DNA of 64,000 bases from Macrostomum hystrix (Eukaryota > Animalia > Platyhelminthes), in the NCBI GenBank assembly GCA_950097015.1, contig CATNEN010000012.1:1178001-1242000 (forward strand), read 5' to 3'. Under the pieces are notes generated by a model. It saw nothing but the letters and a program-made list of their open reading frames with translations, searched no databases and had not been told where the DNA came from. Positions 48,501 through 56,227 of this stretch are shown piece after piece; the stretch's first letter is position 1, and the number at the start of each line of letters is the position of its first letter. The position numbers and the translations under genes were made by a program.

Positions 48501-51500
48501 CCCGCTGAAGGCTGACTGCTCCATAGTCTTTGTCTACCGAGTCGGCGCCGCGCCCGTAGGCGCAATACCAGATTTGGACAAAGACTGTGAACGTTACCTG
48601 GCAGGTGAGGTTTCGAAAATTCTCTTCGGCTAGAAAAAATCTCAGAATTTTAGGTAAGAAATCAACATTTTCGTTAAAAACGAGAAAAAAACATAAAATA
48701 CTGGCTAACCTGATGCCAGTCCTGTCGGTCCATCTTCAGGTTGGTTGGCTGCCAGAATCCGGCTCTGATTTCGTCTGAAAATTGAAAGCGAAGAATCATC
48801 ATCGGAAATAATTTTGACTTCGCTGCAGCTTATGATGGAAACCATCTTAATTCCATCGGAACTCTCTCCGAATTCCATCGGAACTCTCTCCGAATTCCAT
48901 CGGGACTCTCCCCGAATTCCATCGGAACTCTCTCCGAATTCCATCGGAACTCTCCCCGAATTCCATCGGAACTCTCTCAGAATTCCATCGAAAGTCTCTC
49001 AGAATTCCATTAAACATCAATAAGTCAGAAGTAGCTCACTGAGCTGAGGCTCAAAGCTGACAACTGCGGCGGAGACGTTGCCGACGCTCGCGAAGGTGAT
49101 GGAAGCCAGGCCGCCGGACAAATCGGCGGCCGTCAGAAGGCCTGCGTCATCGCTAACGTTCGCCAGTCGCCGGCCGTCAACCAGGATGTCAAAGCGCCAA
49201 GTTGACGTAGCGTCGGCTTCTCTGGAAAACGTCACGGTGACACTGACGAACCCGGTGGAGACGCCGTCTTGAATCGTCAACCAGTTGCGCGTCAGGTTGC
49301 CCAATCGGGCTCCGGCGCGCTCCGCCCAGGCGTCCGACAAGCGCAGAGGCGAGGACGTCGAGTCGGCGGAAAATTCAAACACGTAGCGCTGCGGGATCCG
49401 TCAGGACACGGATGTTGAGTTTCTCCCACATAGCCTGTCATAAGCTCGTCCCTTTCCCGCCTGCCCTCTTTGCTTACAGCAGCCGTCGTGGCTCCATCGA
49501 TTCCCGTCTTGTTGGCCAGGTGCAGCCGGAAGCTGCCGGATCGTCGCATCAGGACCCGAAGCGTGGCGTTGCCATTGGCAACCGCTTGGGCCTCCATCCA
49601 GCCAGGTAGGCGATTAGCGTATGAGGCCGCTGGACTGGAGTTTATGTCGTAGTCTGCGGGAGAGCGTGCAGCACATTTTTATTTATGAGCCAATCATTCA
49701 GTGAGTCTACTGTCCTATTCATGCCATGGAAACAAAGACCATACTCACAGAACTCCCCATACACCTTGATAGCCGTGGCCAGCAGGAAACCGCATTCAGC
49801 TCGCCGATCGATGATAAAAAATCTTCCAAGCGACCCTGAGGGCTGGCAGCTGAACACAGCAAACTGGTCTGTCGGGTCAGCGAACTCCTGTACACCGCAG
49901 CTGATTGTCTGGAGCTGGTTGTCCGTGAGAGCGGCCTCACCACGGCTGAGGTCCCAGCTAGAGGCCAGTTGAGCTCGCAAGCAGCGAAGCTCGGAGGCTG
50001 TGAGGGTCAGAGTTCAGCGGGTTGGAATTAGAATTATTGGCGTGCTAGATTACCTAAGCTAATTACCCATATCAAGATGTCAAGGAGATGAAATGGAAGT
50101 ATCAATGGAACAATGGGATCATTATGGCAGAGTGGTTAACGCGTTTGCCTCTCGCACCAAGGTCCCTGAGCTCGATTCCACGACGAGGCCAGATTAAGTT
50201 GGGCCGCAGCCGCGGAGAGAAGACTTGGGGCTTGTCGTGCAATTTACGCCCTTGAGGGCCAACCTCCAAGGCACAGTGAAGTGTACACTGCCTGACGATG
50301 AGAAAGTCAGGGCAGATGTACACACCTGTGTGAACGTTTGCCTGCGTACAGTATCTGTGTGCGTGTGTGCTCAGGAGTCAGCGAAATGGGCAGAATTGCC
50401 TCCTCGCTGGCTGCAGGTCCAGTATCATTGCCCGCAGCCCTCCTGCAACTATTAATTATTAAAACTAATGGGAAAGGTTAGAAACATTCATCCAGAAGAT
50501 AAAATCGACAACCCGCATAGGCCTACCATCGGTATAGAAAAGGACAACTTGGCTAACTCGAGCCAATGTCTTCAAGTCGATAGCCAGGTAGTACAGCGAG
50601 TCTGCGGTTAGATTTGCTGCATACTTATTGGTGTAAATGTAGGAAAAGCCGTTGACCTCATTGGTTGTCGCCGGAACGCTGAAGTTGGCGTTCATATGGA
50701 AGGTGGCGAACTGTGACTGCAGTCCGCTGCCAGCGAACTCGTTTGGCGCCGTCAGCAGGCCGTCAACTTGGGTCGGAAATTGTGGTATAGATAGAATGTT
50801 TTCTCCAGCATTTTTTTCATGGGCTAGGTCATCGCTAAAGATACAACTACACTCTGGCACAGATCTGTTGACACAGGCTCCCATCTTAACGGGGCACTGC
50901 TGTCTAAAATATCGCAGCTCTGTGTGCTTAGATTTGATTGAAACTTTGTCAGACTGACACATCAGCCAGGATGAAAGTAAACAATTGAGTCAGTAAACGA
51001 GTAAATTCGCTCGTAGGTAATTCCAGTTAATTCCAGCTTAATTACTGATTACAAGGAGGAATTGTAGCCTATAGGTAGGGTTGAAGCCCATTGTGGTCAG
51101 AGCGAGCGTCGGACTCCAGGGGATGGTAAGGGGTTCGATTGCCAAATCCACTGGAATAATTTGTATCCTTCAGCAAGATACTTAACTCTGGCTGGAATAG
51201 CTGAAGTTGCGCTGTCAGCTGCACATATGACCCTATTGGGGCAGGTGTAAAAAATGATGGAAAGCTTTTACATTATAATAAAAGTACTCACTACAATCAG
51301 GAATCTCGCATAGCGTTTTCAAACTGGTGACAGCGTCGAGGCAAGTCAACTGGCCCGAGTCTGACAATGGAGAATTTGATGACTCGTTTTCAATGCCAAT
51401 TCTACTGCTTCCCACAGTAAAAAACGGCAGCCCAAACCACAGTCCAACTCACTAAATCACCACAAAAACTGCAAAATTAAAAAACTAAAACTAAAACCCA

Positions 51501-54500
51501 AACCGCTTACGACAGCAAAAGGAATCACAAACAAACAGATCACGATCACAACCACAATCCTAATAGCAAGAACAACGAAATATAAGGAAGCCCTAAGCTA
51601 AATGGTGGCAGCGTCAGATAGCGCGTTTCAGAGCCAACCAGCGAATATAGTCCGCCCCGTTGGCAGTGTCAGGCGCTTTGGCATCGCTTACGATGCAGTC
51701 CACGGATCTCTGGGTGCGACACCAGAACGGATGCGCTGAAAGACCTCCTAGACTCACAAGACATGGTGCCTGCGAACTGCAACAAAAAAACACACCACCT
51801 CACAGCTACAACTAAAGTCACAAGTACAACAATAGCCACAACAACCATCACAGCCGCAACAACGACCCCAATAAACCAAAACCCTAGCAGCGACCACGCA
51901 TAAAGCACGCTCCGCACCTGGCCTGCAGGCGTCTGTGGCAGTCGGATAGGCTGGCCTTGTCAGGCAGATGCCGCCATTGATGTTGACATTTAGGCCGCCG
52001 TAGTACTCACGATAAAGCCTGCAGACTCGATGCTCTATTGAGAATGAGACCGGTGAGGTTTTGAACTCGATCATAAAAATTTTTCACTAACGTAACCTAA
52101 TCTAAAGCTCAGGATGTTATGAAATACATACTTTTGCCTGAATCAGTATTGTACATGAAAATATCTAAAGATATAAAAGAAGCTCAAACCAAAAAGCATC
52201 TAACAAACCGGGCAATTCAAAGGTGCTATTCAACAGAGCGTTCTCCGGTCTGGCGTAGTTGATGAAGCTGGAGGCCATGAAGCTGGCAGACCAGGACTGG
52301 CCTGGTGAGTTGTACAGCAGCGGAGTGCGAGCGTCCTGGTCTGTGGCGTGTGGTTTTGTGAGCTTTATGAGATACAAGCCCTGAAAGTACAGTTTGATAG
52401 CTGTACCACTCACCAAGACTGGTTTACTCAAAGATGTACCACACGGACCGTCACTCACCAACATGGGCGTACTCAAAGATGTACCACACGGACTGTCACT
52501 CACCAAAACTGGTGTACTTAAAGATGTAACACACGGACAGTCACTCACCAACACGGGCGTACTGAAAGATGTACCACACGGACCGTCACTCACCTAGACA
52601 GGCGTACTCAAAGATGTACCACACGGACTGTCACTCACCTAGACAGGCTTACTCAAAGATGTACCACACGGACCGTCACTCACCTAGACAGGCGTACTCC
52701 CAGCTGTGCCACGTGCCGTCGCTATCCAAAAATCGTCGATTTGCGGAGCTAGCCGCAGTGAAGTAGTACTGTGACTGATAGCCGGAGAAGCATGTTGAGC
52801 TCTGCAACGGTCGCAAATTGATAATTATATGTTGAACACTAGGGGGTGTCATTAATTAATTTGAAGTTAGCCTACTTGTCCGACTGCAGCTTATTGACAT
52901 GTCAATTCTGTCAATGCTGTCAGTTTTTTCAAGGTTTGTAAATGCTAATTGTCTGTTAATAAGGTAAGGCAGAAAACTTTTGGTTTGTGAGATATACGAG
53001 TAGATTTAGAAGGGCCAGTTCTCCTCTAACCAGACAGTGCTGTCGTTTCTTAATTATATATGCTATATGCCAAATGTATTATAGGCTTACAGTCAATTTT
53101 GGCAAAGGTATATTGATGACATTTTGTGAAATTATCGTACTCTAAGGCTCAGGAATATAAAAGCATGGCAATTCTGGGCTGATTTAGGATGAATGCTGAC
53201 TCACTCACTTTGGTTAGTTGTAAAATCCACCGCCACCTCACTCCCAGCTTCAGCGCTATATTCATTTATCATCCGTCTAATAGCTTAGCCCAGAGGGGCC
53301 TGGAAGCTACCAAATAACTAACTATCCTTCTGCTTGTTGACTGGCTCAGTTTAACAGTTTTTTAGCAATTAACCTGCCCTTTTTCAGCCACATTTTTTAA
53401 TCTGGGAAGTTAATTAAAAAACGGCATGCCCATCTCTTCCTCGGGGATAGGAAGAGAAGTGACGTCAGCAGGAGGGGTAACGGCGAGCAATGCTAAGGGA
53501 AATGGTTCCTCAGGTGTATTTTGAATTAACAAGGAATCCAGGTACACACAATGCTGAAGCTGATGCGAATTGTCGAATCGGAAAACTAAATTTCGAAAGA
53601 ATGCATCTTCTCAAATGGGATTAATTAGGTATGAATATGATTTTGATTATCGGGTGTCCCACACTCGTAATGATGATGGGATGAAATTTGCAAAAACAAA
53701 AGTCGTTGGGAAAGTTAAGAGATGTAGAAGAAATCTAGAAAATCATGTTCGAAGGGAATGACTTTGTCACAATGGATGTCATAAGCACCATTGACTTTGG
53801 AAAATGCGCGTATTCCTTTTTTATTCGCTTTACGACTAAATTCCTAGTCAAACAACAGATTAGTTCAATATCATATTTCGCAGACCCATTTTTCTTGTAG
53901 CAGAGCAAAGAAAAGCAACAGCAAACAATAGCCAACAAAATCGATTACATTCACGGCCTAATAGGCTGCTGCTATTCTGGCAGATCAACCGTCTAGTCTG
54001 AGTCCGAGTCTCAGACCCAGCTGCTGAAGATGGATTCCTAGAGTCATAGATGGATTCTTAGGCCCAACGAGTGCCATTGTCTTGCATTGAAGTCTTGCAT
54101 TGGCAAACATACATAAGAATACTTGCATATTGACTTTCTATCATTTTCCATCGTTTTTATTAAGAATAAAATCCATTACACATTTTATCATTCAATTTCA
54201 AGACACCCGATGTTCAATATAGACAACTCAATGTTTTCGAAAGTTTATTTTAAAACCAGCATTTGAATATTTACATTTACACAATTTACACCTCGTAGAC
54301 ACTTCCTCGTCTTGTGCTTTTCTGTCTATGGTAAAAAGTATCAATGCGGCACTGCAAAATACTTGTAGTTAGTCAATGATGTCGACGCAGAATGATGTCA
54401 TCACTAGGTCGTTGCTGCACTCAAAAGCCGTGCGTCATCTCTCCATTCTTTTTAGACAAGTTTAACTTTAAACCTCTCTGCTTATATCAATTGCCAATTG

Positions 54501-56227
54501 TCCAATAAACAGGAAATTATATATGATATATCTGATTTACGCGACTTATGTTTTTGATATAACATATCAAAAACCCATCACAGAACTCCCTCACAGCTCC
54601 ATCACAGACCTCCCTCACAGCTCCATCACAGTCCTCCCTCACAGCTCCATCACAGTCCTCCCTCACAGCTCCATCACGAACCTCCCTCACAGCTCCATCA
54701 CAGTCCTGCCTCACAGCTTCATCACGAACCTCGCTCACAGCTCCATCACAGTCCTCCCTTACAGCTCCATCACAGACCTCCCTCACAGCTCCATCACAGT
54801 CCTCCCTCACAGCTCCATCACAGTCCTCCCTCACAGCTCCATCACAGTCCTCCCTCACAGCTCCATCACAGTCCTCCCTCACAGCTCCATCACAGTCCTC
54901 CCTCACAGCTCCATCACGAACCTCCCTTACAGCTCCATCACAGACCTCCCTAACAGCTCCATCACAGTCCTCCCTCACGGCTCCATCACAGTCCTCCCTC
55001 ACAGCTCCATCACAGTCCTCCCTCACAGCTCCATCACGAACCTCCCTCACAGCTCCATCACGAACCTCCCTCACAGCTCCATCACGAACCTCACTAACAG
55101 ATCTTCCTTTCAAATGCAGTAGTTTACTCACTCCGCAGAAGACAAGTCCGTAAGCCTTGGAGTAGTTTCTCTGCAGCTTCTCAAACTGAGCAGTCGGGCT
55201 GAAGAAGTCAGTAAACGGACTGGAACCCACAGTATCCAAACCGTTTGTCAGTCTCAAGTTAGTCCAGGTTTGCAGAAAGCCTGGCTGACAAGTTCCTGAA
55301 AGAGTGACAGTTCCATGGAACAAACTTTACATTATGGAACGCGTTAAAGTAGCGAAGAGCCATCTATTGACTCTTTCTGATTAAAGTGGGCGAATTTTTA
55401 CAGAGAACTAACTTGTAGTTTTTATTTTTGTCCCAATATAGACAAACGTTTCTTTGTTTGAACTTAATTATCATCTAAGAAGGATGCGAACTACATGGCA
55501 GCTTTGAAGTATTCAAACTTCAAGCTCTCGCAGACAACTTGTTGATTTATTCTTCATTTCAATTTTTCGACCATCACACCCTTACGCACCATTTGCAGTA
55601 GCGGACTGCTCGCACAGGTAGGGTAACGTAGCTGAGCAGTTGACAACCGCTAGACGACCGACTCCCACCTGCAGCGATACGCATTCGCCATTTGTGGGCC
55701 TGTAACCCAGGTGGAACAGGTGAGCAGGAACCTCATCGATGCTGTCCAGGTAGGCGACGCGGCCCAGACTGGAGTTGAACTGAGCTCCGGTCCACAGGCT
55801 GTAGCCCGCCCACTGCAGCTGGTCCAGAACTGCCAGGTCCTGCCGCGTCCTGGGCTGGTACAGGCGGCACTGCTGCCTGGCCGTTGTCCACGATGCTGGG
55901 CTGAGGCGCAGCTCCAGGCACCGGTCGAAGTACTGGGCGGTGCCGACAGGGCAGCCTGTCATGTTTTCCGACGGTTGTAAAACATTCAAAACATAAAGAT
56001 TAAAATGAATCAAAGCTACATCTGACGGTAAATTGCAAGTCGCAACAAGACGTCTTGCCGGAACACGTAACTACAGTACTCGGTGACAAAGCACTTAATT
56101 TATGCATTCATAATTCAAGTAAAATAGCAAATAAACTGTTAAATGTAAGAGAGTCTGTAGTATTACCTGTCGACACCTGTGACTCAGCGAGCTGCGGTGA
56201 CAACACCAAAAGTAGCACGAAAAGCAT
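1..56227 (-). CDS. Giant multi-exon polycystin-1 family (PKD1-like/REJ) receptor gene; 3' part (rest of GAIN/GPS, TM, PLAT) lies left of the window
   Basis: Dozens of minus-strand exons with GT-AG boundaries that mostly match in phase, running signal peptide > CTL/F5-8C/kringle/LamG/FReD > PKD-like repeats > REJ (CVSNCDRKISS; VNSPPYGGKCDVAPRSGIAMSTKFQINCWDW) > GAIN-like (NPHAWSGSASQVKSSVLQL). Confidence 0.88.
684..2873 (-). CDS. REJ-domain exons (2701-2873, 1385-1846, 1078-1302, approx. 850-976, 684-777)
   Basis: SCVSNCDRKISSEKKLIYKVDCRQNC; NSPPYGGKC...TKFQINCWDW...IAVQLTDSLG; apparent +1 frameshift near 1753. Confidence 0.82.
1950..2610 (+). mobile_element. Degenerate 3' fragment of an RTE-like non-LTR retrotransposon
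   Basis: KVSLFRPSVEPILLYGMEAVPMT...ALYRSLLRYALG...RRKMLLRHCLR with stops and frameshifts; related to 9880-10375. Confidence 0.7.
2930..3238 (-). mobile_element. tRNA-derived SINE family 1, copy
   Basis: About 330-bp dispersed repeat with A-box (TGGCAGAGCGG-like), B-box (GTTCGATTCC-like) and (ATT)n tail. Confidence 0.85.
3253..7402 (-). CDS. Giant 4.15-kb exon: PKD-like repeats leading into REJ
   Basis: 1401-aa ORF; VYPGDG...ISYMKPGVYNLTIIAQN, INFGD...FKHLYSTYGAYSAQLYAFNHVS; many N-x-S/T sequons. Confidence 0.92.
7480..7623 (-). CDS. Exon: EGF/EB-like module
   Basis: TCESDLNCFHINNSVCIAANGTYDLKCGCYAGWVFSRLAC; phase 1-1 exon; absent from the supplied ORF track. Confidence 0.8.
8001..8717 (-). 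CDS. Exons (8453-8717, 8001-8335): fibrinogen-related domain (FReD)
   Basis: GAWLLFYR...QSWAAYQNGF...FWLGHELL...YRLRVDY; FRIG...YRLTVG...FSSFD...AWWYKAGAGC. Confidence 0.9.
8940..9232 (+). mobile_element. SINE family 1, copy
   Basis: Shared core gtgcaatttacgccctt...gatgagaaagtcagggcagat. Confidence 0.85.
9314..11522 (-). CDS. Exons (11244-11522, approx. 10945-11110, 10486-10647, 9314-9464): linker and F5/8C-type domain
   Basis: ITFTSRWMFFAITLMG...SVYYSDS; LIVRLRRYIYASKLLI. Confidence 0.65.
9880..10375 (+). mobile_element. Second RTE-like LINE 3' fragment with a CTA-rich tail
   Basis: ETIRLYGLETIPMTKTREDALDSLYR; tail ctactactac at approx. 10310-10370. Confidence 0.65.
11642..12440 (-). CDS. 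Exons (12248-12440, 11642-11883): C-type lectin domain 5
   Basis: ECPINFYYLNGRCF...ALEYC; PVTWQHWKTSEP...CAVSV...VDC...VLCE; phase-2 intron. Confidence 0.88.
12612..15055 (-). CDS. Exons (approximate): Cys-rich segment and three F5/8C-type domains
   Basis: DEWLQASF...YYLQYSDD; LMVQFPVPHRVLSVVTAG...IRFGLLGFP; VELGFHGCP. Confidence 0.8.
15098..15903 (-). mobile_element. SINE family 1, copy interrupted by a solo LTR
   Basis: 3' end at 15098-15150 and body at 15600-15903. Confidence 0.85.
15151..15599. mobile_element. 449-bp solo-LTR-like insertion splitting a SINE
   Basis: Flanked by the direct repeat GTTTG (15146-15150, 15600-15604) at a site that is contiguous in other SINE copies; ends TGTTAGC...GCTATA; TATA-like motif near 15452 and AATAAA near 15585. 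Confidence 0.72.
16460..17286 (-). CDS. Exons (16719-17286, approx. 16460-16600): laminin G/concanavalin A-like domain
   Basis: AFWPLDNG...YTLCLYLY...WRYICISVDSQAGTLQI; ILFGNG...VQLFQIAFT. Confidence 0.8.
19150..19400 (-). CDS. Exon (approximate): fucolectin/F5-8C C-terminal half
   Basis: VIEYVCNWRGRYLVVRRN...SEIVVHA. Confidence 0.7.
19650..19935 (+). mobile_element. tRNA-derived SINE family 2 with CORE-like central segment; partial relatives at 9690-9835(-), 43140-43225(-), 51090-51232(+)
   Basis: B-box GGTTCGATTCCC followed by gtgtcctttagcacacacttaactct...cagttcacccagctgttaaatggg; 3' part shared among copies. Confidence 0.65.
20387..20793 (+). CDS. Nested two-exon gene (20387-20430, 20496-20793): 113-aa secreted cysteine-rich protein with two C-x(n)-CxC-x(n)-C modules
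   Basis: ATG and hydrophobic leader MNSALFLTAALLAAC, 65-bp GTGAGT...TTTCAG intron joining in frame, 8 Cys in the predicted mature chain, stop TAG at 20791-20793. Confidence 0.82.
21320..22084 (-). CDS. Exons (21868-22084, approx. 21320-21627): C-type lectin domain 4
   Basis: DCPFGFFRHKSSCYW...AKAIC; WEWWDGSPVTWSFW...CLMM...WNNIQCD...PFLCE; phase-2 intron. Confidence 0.9.
22305..25200 (-). CDS. Exons (approximate): two F5/8C-type domains
   Basis: INFPVRHRITGLVTQGG...FQLLYGDD; LRLELLGYPD; LRIEFSGNQ...LRGCL. Confidence 0.75.
22500..22862 (+). mobile_element. SINE family 1, copy
   Basis: Full-length with ATT tail. Confidence 0.87.
25545..25908. repeat. 21-bp minisatellite, about 17 copies
   Basis: Unit gggacagcacaggcggtgta(a/t). 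Confidence 0.95.
26371..26664 (-). CDS. Exon: kringle domain
   Basis: CSTSTSANSYYGMRNVTASGIPCQSW...NYCRD...GCYTTDPAVTYATCGILAC, near-canonical kringle Cys pattern. Confidence 0.9.
27095..27405. repeat. 15-bp minisatellite, about 20 copies
   Basis: Unit cctaatatcccctgt. Confidence 0.95.
27430..30450 (-). CDS. Exons (approximate): linker, divergent kringle (approx. 29440-29770), fucolectin domain (28776-29337), F5/8C domain (27430-28431)
   Basis: NYVHQLNITEAGVACLPW...PECYIT; YYLLIDLK...GRYLAVVK; WITVQG...YVLFFSESG; MRLQLYGCP. Confidence 0.72.
30499..32551 (-). CDS. Exons: F5/8C-type domain and C-type lectin domain 3 (approx. 31915-32300 and 30499-30721)
   Basis: NCPLGFVPHFDVCF...WSAALAHC; WQWLDGDSVPQSAW...YFACQ; phase-2 intron. 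Confidence 0.82.
30878..31890. mobile_element. Two MITE-like units (approx. 30878-31137 and 31630-31890)
   Basis: Inverted motif TTTCGG(T/C/A)TTAGGGGAC at the ends of both units. Confidence 0.45.
31243..31582 (-). mobile_element. SINE family 1, copy
   Basis: Full-length with tail. Confidence 0.87.
32909..34650 (-). CDS. Exons (approx. 34409-34650, 34185-34319, 34008-34125, 33545-33965, 32909-33059): fucolectin and F5/8C domains
   Basis: YAKYANDGNR...WPYIAIDLEW; PARYVGV...VCEIEVYG; VTGFVAMG...MQVRYAY; IKLDLLGFPD. Confidence 0.8.
35142..37696 (-). CDS. Exons (37472-37696, 36923-37162, approx. 36000-36800, 35400-35549, 35142-35283): fucolectin-type and F5/8C domains
   Basis: WWLLFDLKLPYRL; VTCQSETVARYCVILR; LLAYSTNGQYF; ELRWMLYGC. 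Confidence 0.75.
37800..38110. repeat. About 60-bp tandem repeat, about 5 copies
   Basis: Unit starts tcacgtgatatttacgtgaaatgttatt. Confidence 0.95.
38296..39654 (-). CDS. Linker exons (39356-39654, 39144-39222) and divergent kringle (38534-38674, approx. 38296-38390)
   Basis: QCALTRNDFQFYRYPWSVTKLGQACKAW...EPRCYSP...DC, resembling kringle T-x-x-G-x-x-C-x-x-W. Confidence 0.65.
38760..39080. repeat. About 70-bp tandem repeat, about 4.5 copies
   Basis: Unit gagtgaggtggatgtctaaggga...ggcagg. Confidence 0.9.
39705..39975. repeat. 33-bp minisatellite, about 8 copies
   Basis: Unit cttcaaccctcctctgatccttcagtccctcag. Confidence 0.95.
40045..40805 (-). CDS. Exons (40634-40805, 40045-40250): C-type lectin domain 2
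   Basis: DHCPPGWLPHLTICW...WAEAASYC; WQWLDGSP...GCAVYS...IACSSKATFICQ; phase-2 intron. Confidence 0.88.
41132..44335 (-). CDS. Exons (approx. 43938-44335, 42905-43065, 42192-42397, 41132-41267): two F5/8C-type domains
   Basis: YLRVYFPVVMTTTGLIVSG...FQVRYSTD; WKMEILGFP; LIVTFARVAYMTEITI; LRLEFNG...LRGCL. Confidence 0.75.
41390..42085. repeat. 21-bp minisatellite, degenerate on the left and homogeneous on the right
   Basis: Unit tagaagccagattcaaggcca. Confidence 0.93.
42455..42722 (+). mobile_element. SINE family 1, degenerate copy
   Basis: ggcgaggccacattcatttggggcgcagcc...caatttacgccc. Confidence 0.7.
43250..43840. repeat. Compound 33-bp/32-bp minisatellite
   Basis: ctaatcagtccaagactccaagattccacagct switching to ctaatcagtccaaaacttcaagagtccaaact. 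Confidence 0.93.
44650..45375. repeat. G-rich satellite
   Basis: Repeats of gggggctgtggggctgggtgg(actgt/gttgt). Confidence 0.95.
45571..46678 (-). CDS. Three exons (46433-46678, 46191-46345, 45571-45658): fucolectin-type domain
   Basis: QASSVFSSSYPPHRLTDG...WVFVDLGGLRNISHVNVY...GRYLTVRK...LTEVEVY. Confidence 0.85.
45872..46185 (+). mobile_element. SINE family 1, diverged copy
   Basis: A/B boxes and the gagaaagtcagagcagatgtac core. Confidence 0.75.
46742..47088 (-). mobile_element. SINE family 1, copy
   Basis: Full-length with tail. Confidence 0.87.
48297..49653 (-). CDS. Four exons (49478-49653, 49040-49388, 48710-48774, 48297-48597): beta-rich domain plus F5/8C (discoidin) domain
   Basis: Phase-matched splice chain; WQPTNLKMDRQDWHQ...FQLRLMLYGR. 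Confidence 0.78.
48850..49010. repeat. 22-bp minisatellite, about 7 copies
   Basis: Unit gaattccatcggaactctctcc. Confidence 0.92.
49749..50903 (-). CDS. Exons (approx. 50527-50903, 49749-49997): fucolectin/F5-8C-type domain
   Basis: YYLAIDLKTLARVSQVVLF and FSCQPSGSLGRFFIIDRRAECGFLLATAIKVYG. Confidence 0.75.
50122..50460 (+). mobile_element. SINE family 1, copy
   Basis: Full-length with tail. Confidence 0.87.
52209..55295 (-). CDS. Two linker exons (55132-55295, 52209-52380)
   Basis: Open frames between phase-matched splice sites (tcag|GA, GGA|gtgagt, ttcag|GGC). Confidence 0.6.
52405..52700. repeat. 45-bp minisatellite, about 6.5 copies
   Basis: Unit tactcaaagatgtaccacacggac(c/t)gtcactcacc... 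Confidence 0.92.
54570..55095. repeat. 24-bp minisatellite, about 22 copies
   Basis: Unit cctccctcacagctccatcacagt. Confidence 0.95.
55590..55955 (-). CDS. Exon: C-type lectin domain 1
   Basis: CPVGTAQYFDRCL...SWTTARQQC...LWTG...CVSL...VNCSATLPYLCE. Confidence 0.88.
56167..56227 (-). CDS. First coding exon, signal peptide MLFVLLLVLSPQLAESQVST
   Basis: ATG, hydrophobic core, A-E-S cleavage-type motif, phase-1 donor G|gtaata matching the phase-1 acceptor of the next exon. Confidence 0.75.

Noticed and set aside
54517-55122. VREDCDGA and LPHSSIT repeat ORFs
   Set aside because: 24-bp minisatellite beyond the donor at 55131
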